Source of the DNA: Saccostrea cucullata
Taxonomy: Eukaryota
Assembly (NCBI RefSeq): GCF_032062105.1
Contig: NW_026929710.1
Location: forward strand, 62,001-126,000
Reading direction: 5' to 3'
Length of the DNA stretch: 64,000 nucleotides
Shown here piece after piece: positions 30,610 through 45,069 of this stretch (position 1 is its first letter; each line of letters starts with the position of its first letter). A model generated the notes under the pieces. It saw nothing but the letters and a program-made list of their open reading frames with translations. It searched no databases and was not told the origin of the DNA. Position numbers and translations under genes: made by a program.

Positions 30610-31820
30610 CGACCAAACTTGGTACAAAGCATCCTTGGGTGAAGGGGAATTTAAATTGTTAAAATGAAGGGACATATCTCCTCGCAAGGGGAGATAATCA
30701 AGAAAAGACAAAAATAGGGTTGGGTCATTAAAAAATCTTCTTCTCAAAAACCACATGGCCAGTAAAGCTGAAACTTATGTGAAAGCAGCCTGGGGTAGTG
30801 TAGATTCTAAATTGTTCAAATCATGACCCCCGGGGATAAGGCGGGGCCAAAATGGGGAATCAAAGTTTTACATAGAAATATAAAGGAAAAATCTTTGAAA
30901 ATCTTCTTCTCAAGAACCACTGGGCCAGAAAAGCTGAATCTTATGTGGAAGCATCCTTGGGTAGCGTAGATTCTAAATTGTTCAAATCATGACCCCCAGG
31001 GGTAGGGCGGGGCCACAATGGGGAATCAAAGTTTTACATAGAAATATAAAGGAAAAATCTTTAAAAATCTTCTTCTCAAGAACCACTGGGCCAGAAAAGC
31101 TGAATCTTATGTGGAAGCATCCTTGGGTAGTGTAGATTCTAAATTGTTCAAATCATGACACCCAGGGGTAGGGCGGGACCACAATGGGGAATCAATGTTT
31201 TACATAGAAATATGTAGGAAAAATCTTTGAAAATCTTCTTCTCAAGAACCACTAAGCCAGAGAAGCTGAAACTTATTTGGAAGCATCCTGGGGTAGTGTT
31301 GATTCTAAATTGTTCAAACCATGACCCCAGGGGGTTGGGCGGGGCCACAATGTGGAATCAGTCTTTTACATAGAAATATAAAGGAAAAATCTTTTAAAAT
31401 CTTCTTCTCAAGAACCACTGGGTCAAAAAAGCTGAAATGTATGTGGAAGCATTCTAGGGTAGTGTAGATTCTAAATTGTTCAAATCATGACCCCCAGGGG
31501 TAGGGCGGGGCCACAATGGGAAATCAAAGTTTTACACAGAAATATATAGGAAAAATCTTTGAAAATCTTCTTCTCAAGAACCACTGAGCCAGAGAAGCTG
31601 TAACTTATTTGGAAGCATCCTGGGATAGTGTAGATTCTAAATTGTTATAATCATGACCCCCGGGGGTTGGGCGGGACCACAATGTGGAATCAATGTTTTA
31701 CATAGAAATATATAGAAAAAATCTGAAAATCAAAGCAGAAACTTACATGGAAGCATACTGGGGTAGTGTAGATTTCAAATTGTTTAAATTATGATCAGTG
31801 GGGTAGGGTGGGGTCAAAGC

Positions 31821-31858
<38 letters not shown>

Positions 31859-33604
31859 AAATATGCATCTACTAACGGTTAATTTATGTACCTTCATTCT
31901 GAGATGATACTGTAAATACAATTATAGGGATAGTATGCCCTTAAAACTTCTGTAGAAACATGAGTTATAAATCTTCATAAAAAATGCAGATTATAAATAT
32001 TGATTTTATTATGAATTTCCCACCTATAAAATATTTATATATATAATTTTTTATGACATTATATAAGCAGAAAATATCAAGTTTATCATGTACCAAATTC
32101 CACTTAGACACCAAGCAAAGCTGTTTCTGGAGAGAGTCCACCACAAGAAGTGCAAGAGGTGCAGACGACTGCAGAGGGAGGCATCAGTGAAAAAGCACCA
32201 GAATCTGCTTTCTGTGCGAAGAAAATGAAAAGGCGGCCTTCTCAATATGAGGCTGATGAGAGGTGATTTTATTTACTAGTATTTGAATAAAACCTTGATT
32301 GCATTTTTCTGAGTAGCATCCCGTCCATTTTCGATAGCAATGAAGCAACGGCACTTGTTTCTTCAATATTTTTAGCCCATAGTATATTATAATTTTTTTA
32401 TACAATGGGTTAATTTAAAAAATATTACAGGAACAAGCGCCTGTGCGATGGAAGTCAATAACAGTGTAATTGATGCAAATCACCTATGGGATCTTACGTT
32501 TTAAGTTTTCGTAGTTAAAAAAATAAATGTCTTCTCCAGAAAGTAATCTCATGTGCCCTGAAAAAAAAATATTATAGTTCTTTTCAAAACCTTCATTTAT
32601 TTACAAAGTAAGTAAAATGCACTAGGCACAAGTTCCAAAGTTGCAATTTTTTTTTTTTTTTTAACGATTAAAACTTCAGACTCCTGTGTACAAATATAGA
32701 TTCTCTGAAATTGAAACTGGCATTAACAGTCTAGAACAGGATATATACATATATATATATATACATGTACATGTACAATCGGAAGTTTAGAGTTTTATTG
32801 TTTAACCTGCACTTAAATGTACAAAAAGTTACAGTAAGTCGGGTTTTATGAAACCAAGACTATGACAGTTGAATTTCTAAAATTGTGATAAATACATAGC
32901 TTTTCTAATCTTCCTTCGTGGATCTGTCAGAAAACTCGGAAAATCGCGGCAATCTCGGATATATTTTTCGAGCTCTCCAGACTGAAGGGCCCGAATTGAT
33001 GCTTTTGGTAAAAAAAAAAAAAAATAGTAACACAATGGAAATCTTTTAAATAGGTACTCATTGGCTCTTCTGACCTTTGATTTTTCACCTCGAAATTGAA
33101 AGCAAGGCAAAATACAGAATGTTGTTTTGAGTTAAAGAGTTATCGATTGTCGATGTGAAGCACACTCTTATAGATTTACTATTCTAAATTGTAACCCCCC
33201 CCCCCCTCCATGCAACAATTTGTCTTTTTTTTAATTCTAATGCAGCAAATTAAAATTTGGTTCAGATATCTTCTTCTGTGTTTTATTATGCTATAGCGCT
33301 ACCTCACCCATCTTTTTAAAAGATAAGCTTGTCTTGAGATAATTATACGTTAGTACGAGTTTTTGAGCATACTGAATGATTGTTCTTCGGTAGCTTGATA
33401 CTACAGAGAGAACTAATCAAGATTCAGAGGGAATGGCTCGATGTGGAGAAAGAGAGACTCGGCATCGAGAGGGAGAGGCTTCAGATAGAGCGTCGACGCT
33501 TGGAGATGGATGAGCGGGCCAGGGGATTTTCCGCCACATGTAATAATTCAGAACGCAATGCATCGGAATTTCAACTCTTCAACGGTGCATTTATGCAAAT
33601 ATGA
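29558..33604 (+). CDS. Harbinger Myb/SANT-like protein (copy 2)
   Basis: Exons 29558-29947, 32108-32262 and 33394-33604, with the same translation as copy 1. Confidence 0.88.
30461..31857 (+). mobile_element. Second copy of the Helentron/satellite element
   Basis: Same structure at the same position in Harbinger copy 2. Confidence 0.85.
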
Positions 33605-34210
33605 GGAATGTTAATGTGCATTTGATAAATCTTTTAATTCATATATCCACTGTTTTCTTTGATTTGCATGTACGTACAAAACATAAAGTTCCATTCATTA
33701 TGAACAGCATATATGTAAGATGTAACTGGTAAATACAATGTATTTTTCCAGAAAAAAGAAATTAAACAAATGACAAATGAGTTCTAGACATCGTAGTTAT
33801 ATCTCTGTTTTCTTTTTGATCTACAAAGAAATGCAATAAAATTAAATAATACATACACTTGCTCCTATTTTAATCACTTTCTGCAACTTCTTTACATCTA
33901 TTATCTCCTTCATGTTTATTTCACAATAAAAATAAAACTTTGGTGACTAAAATTCACCATTTTTTCACAGAATAAGAAGAGATCTCTGTAAACTTTCACC
34001 TAATTTCTAAAAAAAAAAAGGTTCCGGTGTTTAATTAAGTTTGAAAAAGTGGGGGGTGCTCCTGAAATTTACATTCCGATATCTGTATATATGCCGAGCT
34101 TCTAAATATTGAAAACATTACCTATTACGCAAAGCTACCAATTCAAATACCCGGCCAGATCAAATGTCATCGCACAAATGAAATCAGTTTAATTTGTATT
34201 TTTTAAGTAC

Positions 34211-36990
34211 CTAAAACCTGTCTCTTATCAACATTTGTCTAATCTCTTGTCCTGAGTGATCTTGTACATCGCCTGGCATGTCATTATCATCATCATTCTG
34301 CTCATCATCGTCCTGCTGGAACTCCACGGGGAGACCTCGATCTTCACAGATGTTGTGCAGCACTGCAGTAGCTGTGATTACTTGTACAGCTGTAGCTAGG
34401 CATATGGTTAACGGTCCACCTGTGTTACAGTTTTTTACACATGTTATACCGATTTGTCTTTACGTGAAGTCTAAAACTCTATTTCTGTCCTCATATGATG
34501 TCACAGATTATTCTATTTATTAAACACTGCTTATGGTAGATAAATTTATCAATATGTAGATATACGGACCGAAAACTGTCCATATTTTTAAAAATTCTTT
34601 TCTATTTTCTAAAATTTATATTCATAAATTCATCCAATTTTTTTTCTTTTTTGGTGATAATTTACATGATTTTTTTTCGACCATGTTAATCATATGAGAT
34701 AATATTTTTATCTTTCATGGCATCAGGCAGATAATTCCAAATGCAATAAAACATTCTGTATATTTTTCTTAAGTAAGGCCACACCAATAAAATTTTTTGT
34801 TCGTCGGACCCGCGCGCTCGTATTTAAACGAAACAAGACAAATAATATTATATAATTTAAAATTTCCCGCACCATTGGAATTTTGTGCTATTTTCTGTTC
34901 TATTTCCGCTCTATTTATCGTATTTTTCATCTGCTTACTCTGTAAATCAGAAAAAGATATAATTGTCCGCTCAAATTTCTTCACGCTCCGCCTAAAAAAT
35001 TTATCTACAAAAAGTAATAATATTATTATTTAACCGCTAGCCCGCTCGTACTTTCTTTCATCAAATGTCCGACGAACAAGAAATTAAATTGGTGTGGCCT
35101 ACATTAAACTCAGCTTGAAAATTGTTAAGTGCGTTTGTCATAACATTGTGTTGAGGGGACAGACAGCCAACAAGTCGTCAATTTAGAATACATGTAGGTA
35201 CGTGTATGCTGGGAAGTTCAAAGATGTGACATGTGTCATGTTGTGAATTTTGAATTTACCGGGTGGCAGTAAATACAAAATTTACAACATGACAACTTGT
35301 AAATTTTGTATTTACTGACACCCGGTAAATTCAAAATTTACAACATGACACATGCATTAATATTTTATTTAGAAAATACCTCGAGAACAAAGATTATGTT
35401 ATTCACGTAATACTATTGATGATGAATTTTATTTCTTTCTACAGTGTAGCTTGAATATACAAGCAAGGGAAAAACTTTTTTAAAAATATGTTAGATAATT
35501 GTTCCTCATTCTACATCAAATCACCTACACAGAAACTTGAATATATACTAAGTCCAAAACTTGAAGTTATAACGGCTGTTTGCACTTTTATAAAACTATC
35601 ACTAGAATTGAGAAATAAAAGGTCCACATCGGTGCAACATTTAGGAATGAATTTCTATATGTATATATACCAGTATGCGTAAATACAGCAAAATCAAGGG
35701 GGGGGCAAATGTGCCCCCTCTCTTCAAATGCGGATTCGGTAGGGTGTGAGGGTGAGATATAGAGGGAGATAAAAGGTTAGCTATGAGTCTCACGTTTTGC
35801 TTTACGTTGGATATCCAATTTAACAATATCTTGATTCAAAGAGAAAGAGAAAAGCAATGATTAGACATATTGATATGGAAACATCCTCCAGGTCACGTAG
35901 ACTCAAATTTGTTCAAATCACAATGGAAATTAGAAATGGATTGCTTTTTCATATTCATAATTATGTTGATTACAATATACATGTATATAAAATTTTCTTT
36001 ACACTTAGAATATAATTTTATTCACGCCAGACAAGTGACTTTCCATATATTGTGTATAAAACGTGTTGTTATGACTATTATATAACCAAATTTTATGAGG
36101 AAAAACAAGCCTTTTAGAAAATCTCATGCATGCTTGTTATAAACTATAGTATACGAACCAAATTTGTGAATGCAAAGCCACCGACTCTTCCATCGTCCGA
36201 ACGTATCTTCAATTCTCTGTCTAGCTCTTTTGTGCGCAACATTGAATGCCCTGTCAGCTGGTGTACTTGGAGCCCGAAGAGGAGTGATTAAATATTGTCT
36301 CAACGGGTAGGCCTGGTCGCCCAAAAGATGGCCAACATAGGGCTGATTTTTAAACCACTCTTTCAGCGAACAATTATTCCAAACATATGCGTCATGTGTG
36401 CTACCAGGCCATTGAACAACAATGTTTGTCAGTTTTTTCTTATGATCACAAACTCCCTGAACGTTAATTGCGTGGTACCCTTTTCTACACACATACGCGT
36501 CTTCCCTTTCCGATGGTGGTTTAATTTGGATAAGCGTTCCATCAACGCATCCCAATACATTTGGAATATTAAATTCGCACGAAAAACCCTGTTTGATTAC
36601 AAGCTGTTCTGCTATTCTCTCAGGAAACTTGATGAATTCCCTTGCCCTATTTGATAAAGCTTTAGATGTTTTGTAGACTATTCTTGAAACAGTTGGCTGG
36701 CTTACCCCTGCAATGTCGGCGACTACCTGTTGTAGGGATCCAGTGGCAAAGTACCTCAGGGCCGTCAAAACTTGTAGAGAAGCCGGTATGCTCTTGGACC
36801 TCATAGTGGGTGGCTCCAAGTCCTCAGCCAACAAATCTATAATATCTAAAATACAATATCTTGGCATGCGGAATCTTACGATTAAGTCTTGATCGTCATA
36901 CATATCCAAAGGATGTGTCCGGTCCCTGAAGACCCTTTCTCTTCTTAAATTTCTCTTGTTTAATCTTTGGAATATGACTTGGAACGCCAT
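34211..36990 (-). CDS. HARBI1-like DDE transposase (copy 2)
   Basis: Exons 36990-36159 and 34419-34211; DDE motifs intact. Confidence 0.93.
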
Positions 36991-38556
36991 TTCGTAGTTT
37001 CTTGAATAACGGGTATGACGTAAAATATTACGTAACAATCGTTTTATACGTAACTTAAAAAACTGAGTACTCTTTATATGCAAAAAAAAAAAAAGATTAT
37101 AATAAATAAAAGTAGATCGGGAAGAAAGTTTAATCAATTGTATAATTTAATTATTATTTATGTGTTTCCATTTAAATGTTAAATTATTTATTCTTAAGTA
37201 TAATTAATTTATTTTTATTTCATAAATATGGGCTTTGCCCTTTCCGCAACGTTTACGGATGGTCATGACGTCCCGTAATGTACCGCCGATTTTACGGAAC
37301 GTTTACGCAAAGTTTGCGGGTGCGGTACTTACGGAGACGTCGTGAATAAGAATTTTTCCCCTGCGGGTCAATTCCGCAAAGTCTACGGGTCCGGTAAGTT
37401 TACGGAGGCTTTGTGAATAAGGTCCCTGATGTTCATCAAAAATTAACGTCAATTGTCGTAGATGGAAGACTGATATAGAGCTCCAAACCTTTGTTTTGTA
37501 AACAAGGTAAGTGTCATGTTTTTGTTTACATAGATTAATATACTACTTTGTGTTCGCTCAAAGCAGATAATTTCAATAAAGAAATTTAATTTAAAATTTA
37601 TTTAAAATACGATTCTACAGTTTCTAATTATTTGCTGAATTTCATTTGTTATAAATATTATATTAACAAATGATGTTCAATTTTTGCAGTTCATTTGGAT
37701 TTTATTTCATTTTAAATATGATATTAACAAATGATGTTCAACTTTTTGCAAATCAATAGATAGTGCCTTAGTTAGAAATTGTAAACCTTAACATTGGTTT
37801 TAAAAATCAGATGAAACTGTGTCTATTTTGCAGATACCACAATTTCTTAAATATATAACACTACAAATGAGGGACTTTTCTTAATGGTAGAAAATATTTC
37901 GTGACGAGACACATTTTTCTAAATGACTAATCCGATGTATTTTATTTTTGTTCTTTTTTAATTACCAAATTGAAAACAAAAAGATTATTTATCTTGATAA
38001 TTTCTTTTTTATTATTTGTTTATTTATGCTCTGGTGATTTGAGAAAAGGTTTTGCCTATTTAAAATGAATAAGTCCCCTTAGTATACGAAAATCAATTGT
38101 AAAAGTACAAATAGTTTGAAAACAAAATATCAACATTAAAAATCTTGAAATGCTCAGTATAATAATAATAATTCAAACTATTTCCTAAATGTGTTTTATG
38201 AAAATAGAAACTGCATGTGTGTCAGAAAAAGTATGCCAAAACATTGTTTTTAGTTTTCTGTTAAATTTAGATATGATTGATATGATTTTTTCTCTCGCTT
38301 GTTATTGCAGATATATTGAAGACAGATAAACATGTTAGAGTATGGGACATTGAATATTATATTTGTATATTTTGTTGACAGTAAGTTTGTCAACAACACA
38401 AAAAAATCAATCAAACAATGAAAAAGAGAAAAATGGAGAAAAAATAAATAAATAAGAAGAGGAGGGAAAATGAATTTTTTTTAATATTAAAAAATATTTT
38501 AACTTTAGAAATAATTTGATTTATTGAAAAAGATGAAGTAAGATATTAAAGGCTTT

Positions 38557-38871
38557 GGCCTGTTTCACAAAGATTTGTTTCTATCCCTTCTCTCCGTTAA
38601 CATTATCCATTCGTTTAATATTAAATATCCAGCCACCATATTCAGTTTCTTCCTAAGACATCTCTTTTCCTAGCTGTCCTAAAGTTAAGAATTAATTTGC
38701 GAAAATCTGAAGATAAAGACGAGGTTTTTGAGAAACAGATAGGCTAATTAATGAACTAAATGAATTAAAGACGAGGTTTTTGAGAAACAGATAGGCTAAT
38801 TAATGAACTTAGGAAAATGTTCGTTTCTGAGATATAACTTAAGCCCAAGTTAGCTTTGTGAAATGGGTACC
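38557..38871. mobile_element. Degenerate Harbinger-type MITE with an internal 51-bp-period duplication
   Basis: Ends GGCCTGTTTCACAAAG / CTTTGTGAAATGGGTACC resemble the TTCACAAAG core of the Harbinger TIR. TAAAGACGAGG...TAATGAACT is duplicated at about 38715 and 38766. Confidence 0.5.
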
Positions 38872-41462
38872 AGCTGGTCTATAGGTAGAGGGGGAGAACT
38901 CAAATTTATACACTGTAAAAATGGAACCCGAAGTTCAACTTCAAACTATCATTCCAATTAAACAAGAATTAGGGTCCCGAGAAGTATATATAAAATCTGA
39001 TGTCTTAATGTCCTATAGAAAAAAAAATGCCCCAATTTTTAAGACACAAATCTTAGCAGAAACAACATTTTGATTTTCTCCTCAATCAAAGCATTGACGC
39101 TGAAAAAAAAAATCGATAAAAAATCTCACGTATGATTAGAATTATCTCTCTTGGAAAGAAATGACCATTGCATTATACAAAGGTATTTACACAAAGCAAA
39201 AAAAAATTTATTAAATCAGTCTTCATAACTGCAAGAGCAAGTAATGTAATCGTCAACACAGGTGCAATTCTGGCTAATTCTGTTAATATAAATTCTTTAT
39301 TCAAAAACGAAAGTACTCCAGGAGATGCACCTTCTTTGTTGTTGCATAAAATCTAATTGGTAGCTTCTTTTGTCGCTAAAGTTAAAAATAGTAGTCTCGT
39401 TAAACCAGACGTTCAATCGGCTGACACCGTAAATCTCCGACAAGACGCTCTCGGCTGTCCCGGTGAATCTCTCTCTTACGGAGACAGCCAGGCGTCTGGT
39501 AAATCGAAACTATTTAAATAGTGTTGGGCTGCCATTTAAAAAAAGATTGAGCAGGTAAGTACTTCTTACTCTATATTTAATTCGTTTTTACAGTAATAGG
39601 ACTATGCCTTGTGTATTAAATTCATAATGATTTTCTTTTTATTAAGATTATGAATATAATCATTATTATGCTTATTATTGTTTCCATTATTTATTTTAAA
39701 AACCAAATTATAAGGATCAATTTGCAATCTGGAGCATTTAAAAAAAACAAATTTTAAGGACCTATAATTTTTTTTACTCATTGTGTGTATTTTAAATCTC
39801 GTCAAAATCAAAGTTTCATTTAGTTTAGATTTCATTTATATTAATGAAATCTAGATTTTAACAAAGTAGAAGATATGACTCGGTGATATAAATAACTAGG
39901 GTACATGCAATACTAAAAACAGCAAAGGGGAATTCCAAATTCAGAGTAGGGAATTCACAATGTTTTCGTGTCTACTTGATCTGAAAATTTCATATTGACT
40001 CTTTCATACCTAAACGCTGGTTTTTTCTCATTGTGTATTTTTTTCCGAAAACTATTTTACATTTTTCATTTTTTTTGGGGGGGGGGGGGTGGATTATCAG
40101 TATTATTGTCTCGATATAGAGCATAGAATGAATTAATAAAGTAATAAATAAACCAGAGAGAAGGTGCTGTTATTATATCAAAACTTTCATGTTGAAGAGG
40201 AAAGCACAATTTAAATTCCCCCAATCCCGTTGACAACTTAATTCAATGAGAATACTTAATTCTCATTATGTAGGAACAATGCATAAAACGAATTGACACA
40301 TTGAGTTTCATTCATGATAAGAATTCAGCTTAATATTTATTCATAATATTATCTCAAAATGAAGTCCACTGATGCAAATAATACCAGAAAAAGTTAATAT
40401 ATTTTGTCCTATTTTGTAAGATAGAAAAAATTCTTTTTTATTGCTTTCAAGAACATTAATCTAAATAGAAATAATTTTCAATTTAACCCTGATCATGTAT
40501 ATACAATGTATTATTAGGTATTTATATGGCTGGCACTTCTGGACCGGAAATGCCGGAGGACAAGGCAGATGAAGACGAGGCTGTGACCCAGTTTCTGATG
40601 AGTATTGGCCTTGACTGCCTCACAGAACTGTTCTCCAAACAAAAGATTACCATGGATATTTTAAAGGAGATGACTTCAGAGAATTTGAAGGAGGCTGGAG
40701 TACAGGAGTATGGTTACAGACACAAGATTATTAAAGAACTTAACAAAAGAAAAGGTATGTAAACATGCATTTAAGAAATAATTAATGGATCATTTCTAAG
40801 TTATTATCGGATATAGTAGTAAACACGGGTTAATCCATGTGATCAAATCTTATACAGCCAAAATGGCTTTAATTCAGATTCAATCAGTTAACAAATATTT
40901 GAGTAATATATTTTCAAACCCACGGCGATTTTTTTCGAATCTCAATGATAAGATGTGACTTTGTTAATCACGTTTACCACTAATGGTGTGAAAATATTTT
41001 GATCTATTATGACCTAATAATGAATTAATGGCCACATGAAAAATCCGTTTATTATACAAGTTTTACATTGTTTAATATATAAACGGAAACGTTTGTAAAT
41101 GTTAATATTTCAGAACAATGATCACATGAATGATAATAATAATGATAATGTTTTAGGGACTTCGGCGTCTGTTCAAAGGTCAATATATCAACGAAAAAGA
41201 AAGGCAATCTTTGAACAGCATAATATGATACCCAGCAAGAAACACTGCAAACTTGGTAATAGTTTTTTTATTGATCTAAGAATGGCCCAAGGCTTTAAAA
41301 TCTCGATCGTTTTTGTGCCTCTGTCTATTTATCTGCAAACAGATACATAGATTTATTTCATTAAAAGTCAGGCCAGTTTCTATGCATGATCCTGTTACAA
41401 AGTAATTTAATGTGAAAGGACACGAGTTTGATCAAATTTAAATTTAAGCAATTTCAGCTTAA

Positions 41463-42122
41463 GGTTATCCGATCCTCAGGTTCTGAAAATCAGGCATTGA
41501 GTAGTTGAAAATGCTCACAAGGATGTCTCTAAATGCTCAAATTAAAATGTACTCAAATTCTTTAAAATTCATCTTCAAATTTAATCATATTATATAGGGA
41601 AAATTGGTAAATCTCGAATAATTTTTCAGGCAATGCGATTTGAACTACCTACTGCATATTTTCTAATTGATAATTGATCAAGAAATACACTTAAGGAATA
41701 AAAATCATAGGCATCCGGGCTTTTAAAGAAAATTGCATGCATTTTCAATTATTTGGACTTTACTCTCTCCTACTTACTTCCATTGTTTCAGAATGCATAG
41801 AGTATGAAGTGTTTCCTTTCAAAGAAAACACTGCAAATCACATCTAATTTCACATAATGCATATAAACATTGGTAACTAAGGCTAAATTAAAAGAAATTT
41901 GATTTTTTTTAAATATGCAAGTTCTACTTCATTTTATGAGGTACAAATGTTAACCTTTTTAAATAACGTTTGTTAAAACTTTAAAGAGCATTGAATCATG
42001 CGTAGAGGCATAAAATGAAATTTGTTGCATGAAAAAAATTCAATTTCAAGCCTTATTTTAATACTTATTGCATTAAATTATAAATTAAAGAGTTATCCTT
42101 CCTGGCTGAGGATCGTATATCC
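41463..42122. mobile_element. Non-autonomous element with TTAA TSD (Kolobok-like), intronic
   Basis: TTAA|GGTTATCCGATCCTCAG ... CTGAGGATCGTATATCC|TTAA. Confidence 0.7.
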
Positions 42123-43687
42123 TTAACACATTTAGATTGTGAATGTAGAGATGGGTCACATATTTAAATGAGGTATTTCTGCAGATATTCTTTCAGAGTA
42201 ATTTAACTTTCAGATATGCTTATGCCCCTCACAATTTATTTTTTCCCCTTTATAATATGAATACTTTGGTAGGAAAGTATTTTCCATTTAAGCAGTTTTG
42301 TCAATGAATTTGTTGTTTGCCTTGAAATTATGCCCTTCAAACCTTTTTGAATATATGTATTTCGTCCGCTCAATAATTGCTGCTCAATGTTTGAAAAAAA
42401 TATACACATTCAGTCCAGCTTTCTTATATGTTGACTGTAAGCAAAATCATTTTTCACATACATGCATGCTCAGACTAGTATTTTTCTGTTAAGTTGATGA
42501 ACTTGATATATCAATAGATGATTAGAACATAAAAAGAGAGTTTTTTAAAATGATACTTGTATACATGTATATGACTTTATTAATTTATTTAGTATATTAA
42601 TTTATTAATTTGCCTATACAGGGAACACTTTTTATCAAAAAACTGCGCCGTACCCGAAGAGAAAATCCGTGAAACCAGGAACACAAATACCACAAATCCA
42701 TCAGACGGCAGCTTCGACACAGACATCCTTTCCTTCATCTCAAAATAATTTGTCAAGTACGAGGAATTCAAATAATCATGGGTTGATGCAAACCATGGCT
42801 ACTCAAAACATCCCACAAACAGTTTCTTCCAACAGTTTGAGTAATACTAATTCAATATTTCCTGCCACTAGTAATAGTCAAATTGCTACAAGAAGTACCA
42901 ACCAATCGATGCTGGTAAATATCCAACCAATATCAGCAGGTAATAGCCAAGGCACGAGTCAGTCAATTACATTACCCAACCAGTCCTCTGTCAGTCCATC
43001 AGCCACAACTTGTATCACTACCTCATCCTCCTCCTCAACATCGACTTGTTCAAGTTGTACAACAATGTCTTCATCTCCATGTGCTTCACACTTAACCCTT
43101 ACATGTAAGTAATAAAACAACTGTTCGGTTAATCATACAGTCAAAATTTCAGACCAATGTGAACCAAACACGCCACAAAACATGAAGATAAAGATCGACA
43201 GGAGGTGCTCACTTATCCAAAACACCTTTTCCTACCTTTGATTTTAGAGGTTTAGGTTCGTTCTGCTTACAGTTTGTATTGTTTGTATGATTGTCTTTCG
43301 TTATCTTCACATTTTTGGAACAGATGACAATGATGACGCCATTACAGAGGACGAAAATAGGTTCTTGAGGTTTTTATTGTTGGCACAACTGGGTACTGAA
43401 GCTATGAGGATGGCATTTGACAATACTGTTCCACCACCCCACCTGGCTTCTCATCTACAGACTCATATACGCAAACTAAAGGAGAGATGTACTTCACAGC
43501 AGATGAAGGTCCTTTTCCCAAGTAAGGAATATAAAATTCAATTGAAATTTCCCAAATTTATTAGATAAGAATGTCATAATTTGCTTTTTTAAAGGACAGA
43601 TTTAATGCAAAAACATGTATACTAATAATAAGCTTCTTTTTTCTGATCTGAGGACAGATTTTATGCAAATATACTCCGTAATAAGAT

Positions 43688-43982
43688 TGATTGATTGTAT
43701 ATTGTTTAACGTCCCTCTCGAGAATTTTTCACTCATATAGAGACGCCACCACTTGCCGGTGGAGGGCTACAAATTTTGTCCTATGCTCGGCACTCAGGGC
43801 CTTTGAGCAGTGAGGGATCTTTTTCGTGCCAACACCTACTGCGACACGGGGCCTCGGTTTATACGGTCTCATCCGAAGGACCGGTCTCCACGTCCCGCAG
43901 TGGGATTTGAACCCGCGACGTAAGGATTGACTCCTTACTTCGCGACTCTAGAGCAGACGCTCTAACCACTGCGCCACACGGG
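43688..43982 (-). mobile_element. Full-length tRNA-derived SINE
   Basis: On the minus strand: A box TGGCGCAGTGGTTAGAGCG, B box GGTTCAAATCC and a (CAAT)n tail. The 14-bp TSD CTCCGTAATAAGAT lies at 43674-43687 and 43983-43996. Confidence 0.92.
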
Positions 43983-44913
43983 CTCCGTAATAAGATATAA
44001 AGTTTAAAAAAATTTTATTTATAAATGTTTACTCAACAGAGCATTAATATTTCATTTCAGCCTATCTGGTATCGACGACAAACTTCGATACAACTTTGCT
44101 CTACACTCTTTTCCGTAATACAGTGAGTGTTAAGGCGCCCTCTAACGGTTGGGGAAAAGATCCTCGCCCTCACAGCACCTCTCTTACTGATGATATAGAG
44201 CGAGTAAGGATACACAGAAACTCCATCTGTCATGGGAAGACTTCAATGGATCAACTGACTTTCCAAAGGAAATGGTTTGATTTATCAGAGGTGAACGTTT
44301 AATTTATCTTCGACCTTATAAAGATAACCTTATGCAGTTTTCCTACAAGCCACGTGTTATATAAAATCCGTTGAATAAATCATTTTCTCAGTCAAGTAAA
44401 TGTCACAAAAATTCAATACCATTTAACAGAAACATAGACGTATCTACTGTTTTCATGTACATGTATTATAAATTTGATAAAATACTTCTACATTATCTGG
44501 TGATCACTTGAAAATTGATTATTTTCTTTGACAATTTTTAGGCAATTTCTCGTTTGAGTAATGGAAAATTGAAAAAAGAAACTTCTTCTTTGGAGACGAG
44601 AAATTTTGATAAGAAAGCTAGGAAGAGTATCATGGATGACTTTGATCTCCTACAAAATAGAGTCTCAGAGTTAGAGCAGACTCATATACCAGCGCACATA
44701 AAAGGTACGTTCTCTTTCGTAAAATAAAAATACAGTCACAAAATTATTCAAGGTGGGAAATTAAGAAACCAGACCACATGGGGATAAATAGTAAACACTT
44801 TGTTATGATCCTTTTAGATAATGTTATATTTAAAAAAAAAAAGGATGCATCTGGAACATAAGTTGGGATCGAGGATTTGGAATGAAAACAATATTTTGAA
44901 TATTTTCCTATTC

Positions 44914-44914
44914 T

Positions 44915-44945
<31 letters not shown>

Positions 44946-44998
44946 AGATTCTAATACATACTTATACAATACAAATATACATTTTCTGTAAATTTTTT

Positions 44999-45069
<71 letters not shown>

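Larger units (their letters stand above)
28864..37425. mobile_element. Autonomous PIF/Harbinger transposon, copy 2 (tandem, near-identical)
   Basis: Same TIRs, genes and nested insertions at an offset of about 8.56 kb. The right flank CTG (37426-37428) matches the left flank of copy 1 (20298-20300). Confidence 0.95.

Noticed and set aside
43880-43982. Possible tRNA gene
   Set aside because: The A and B boxes are the head of a SINE with a body, tail and TSD, and the spacing between them is too long for a clean cloverleaf.
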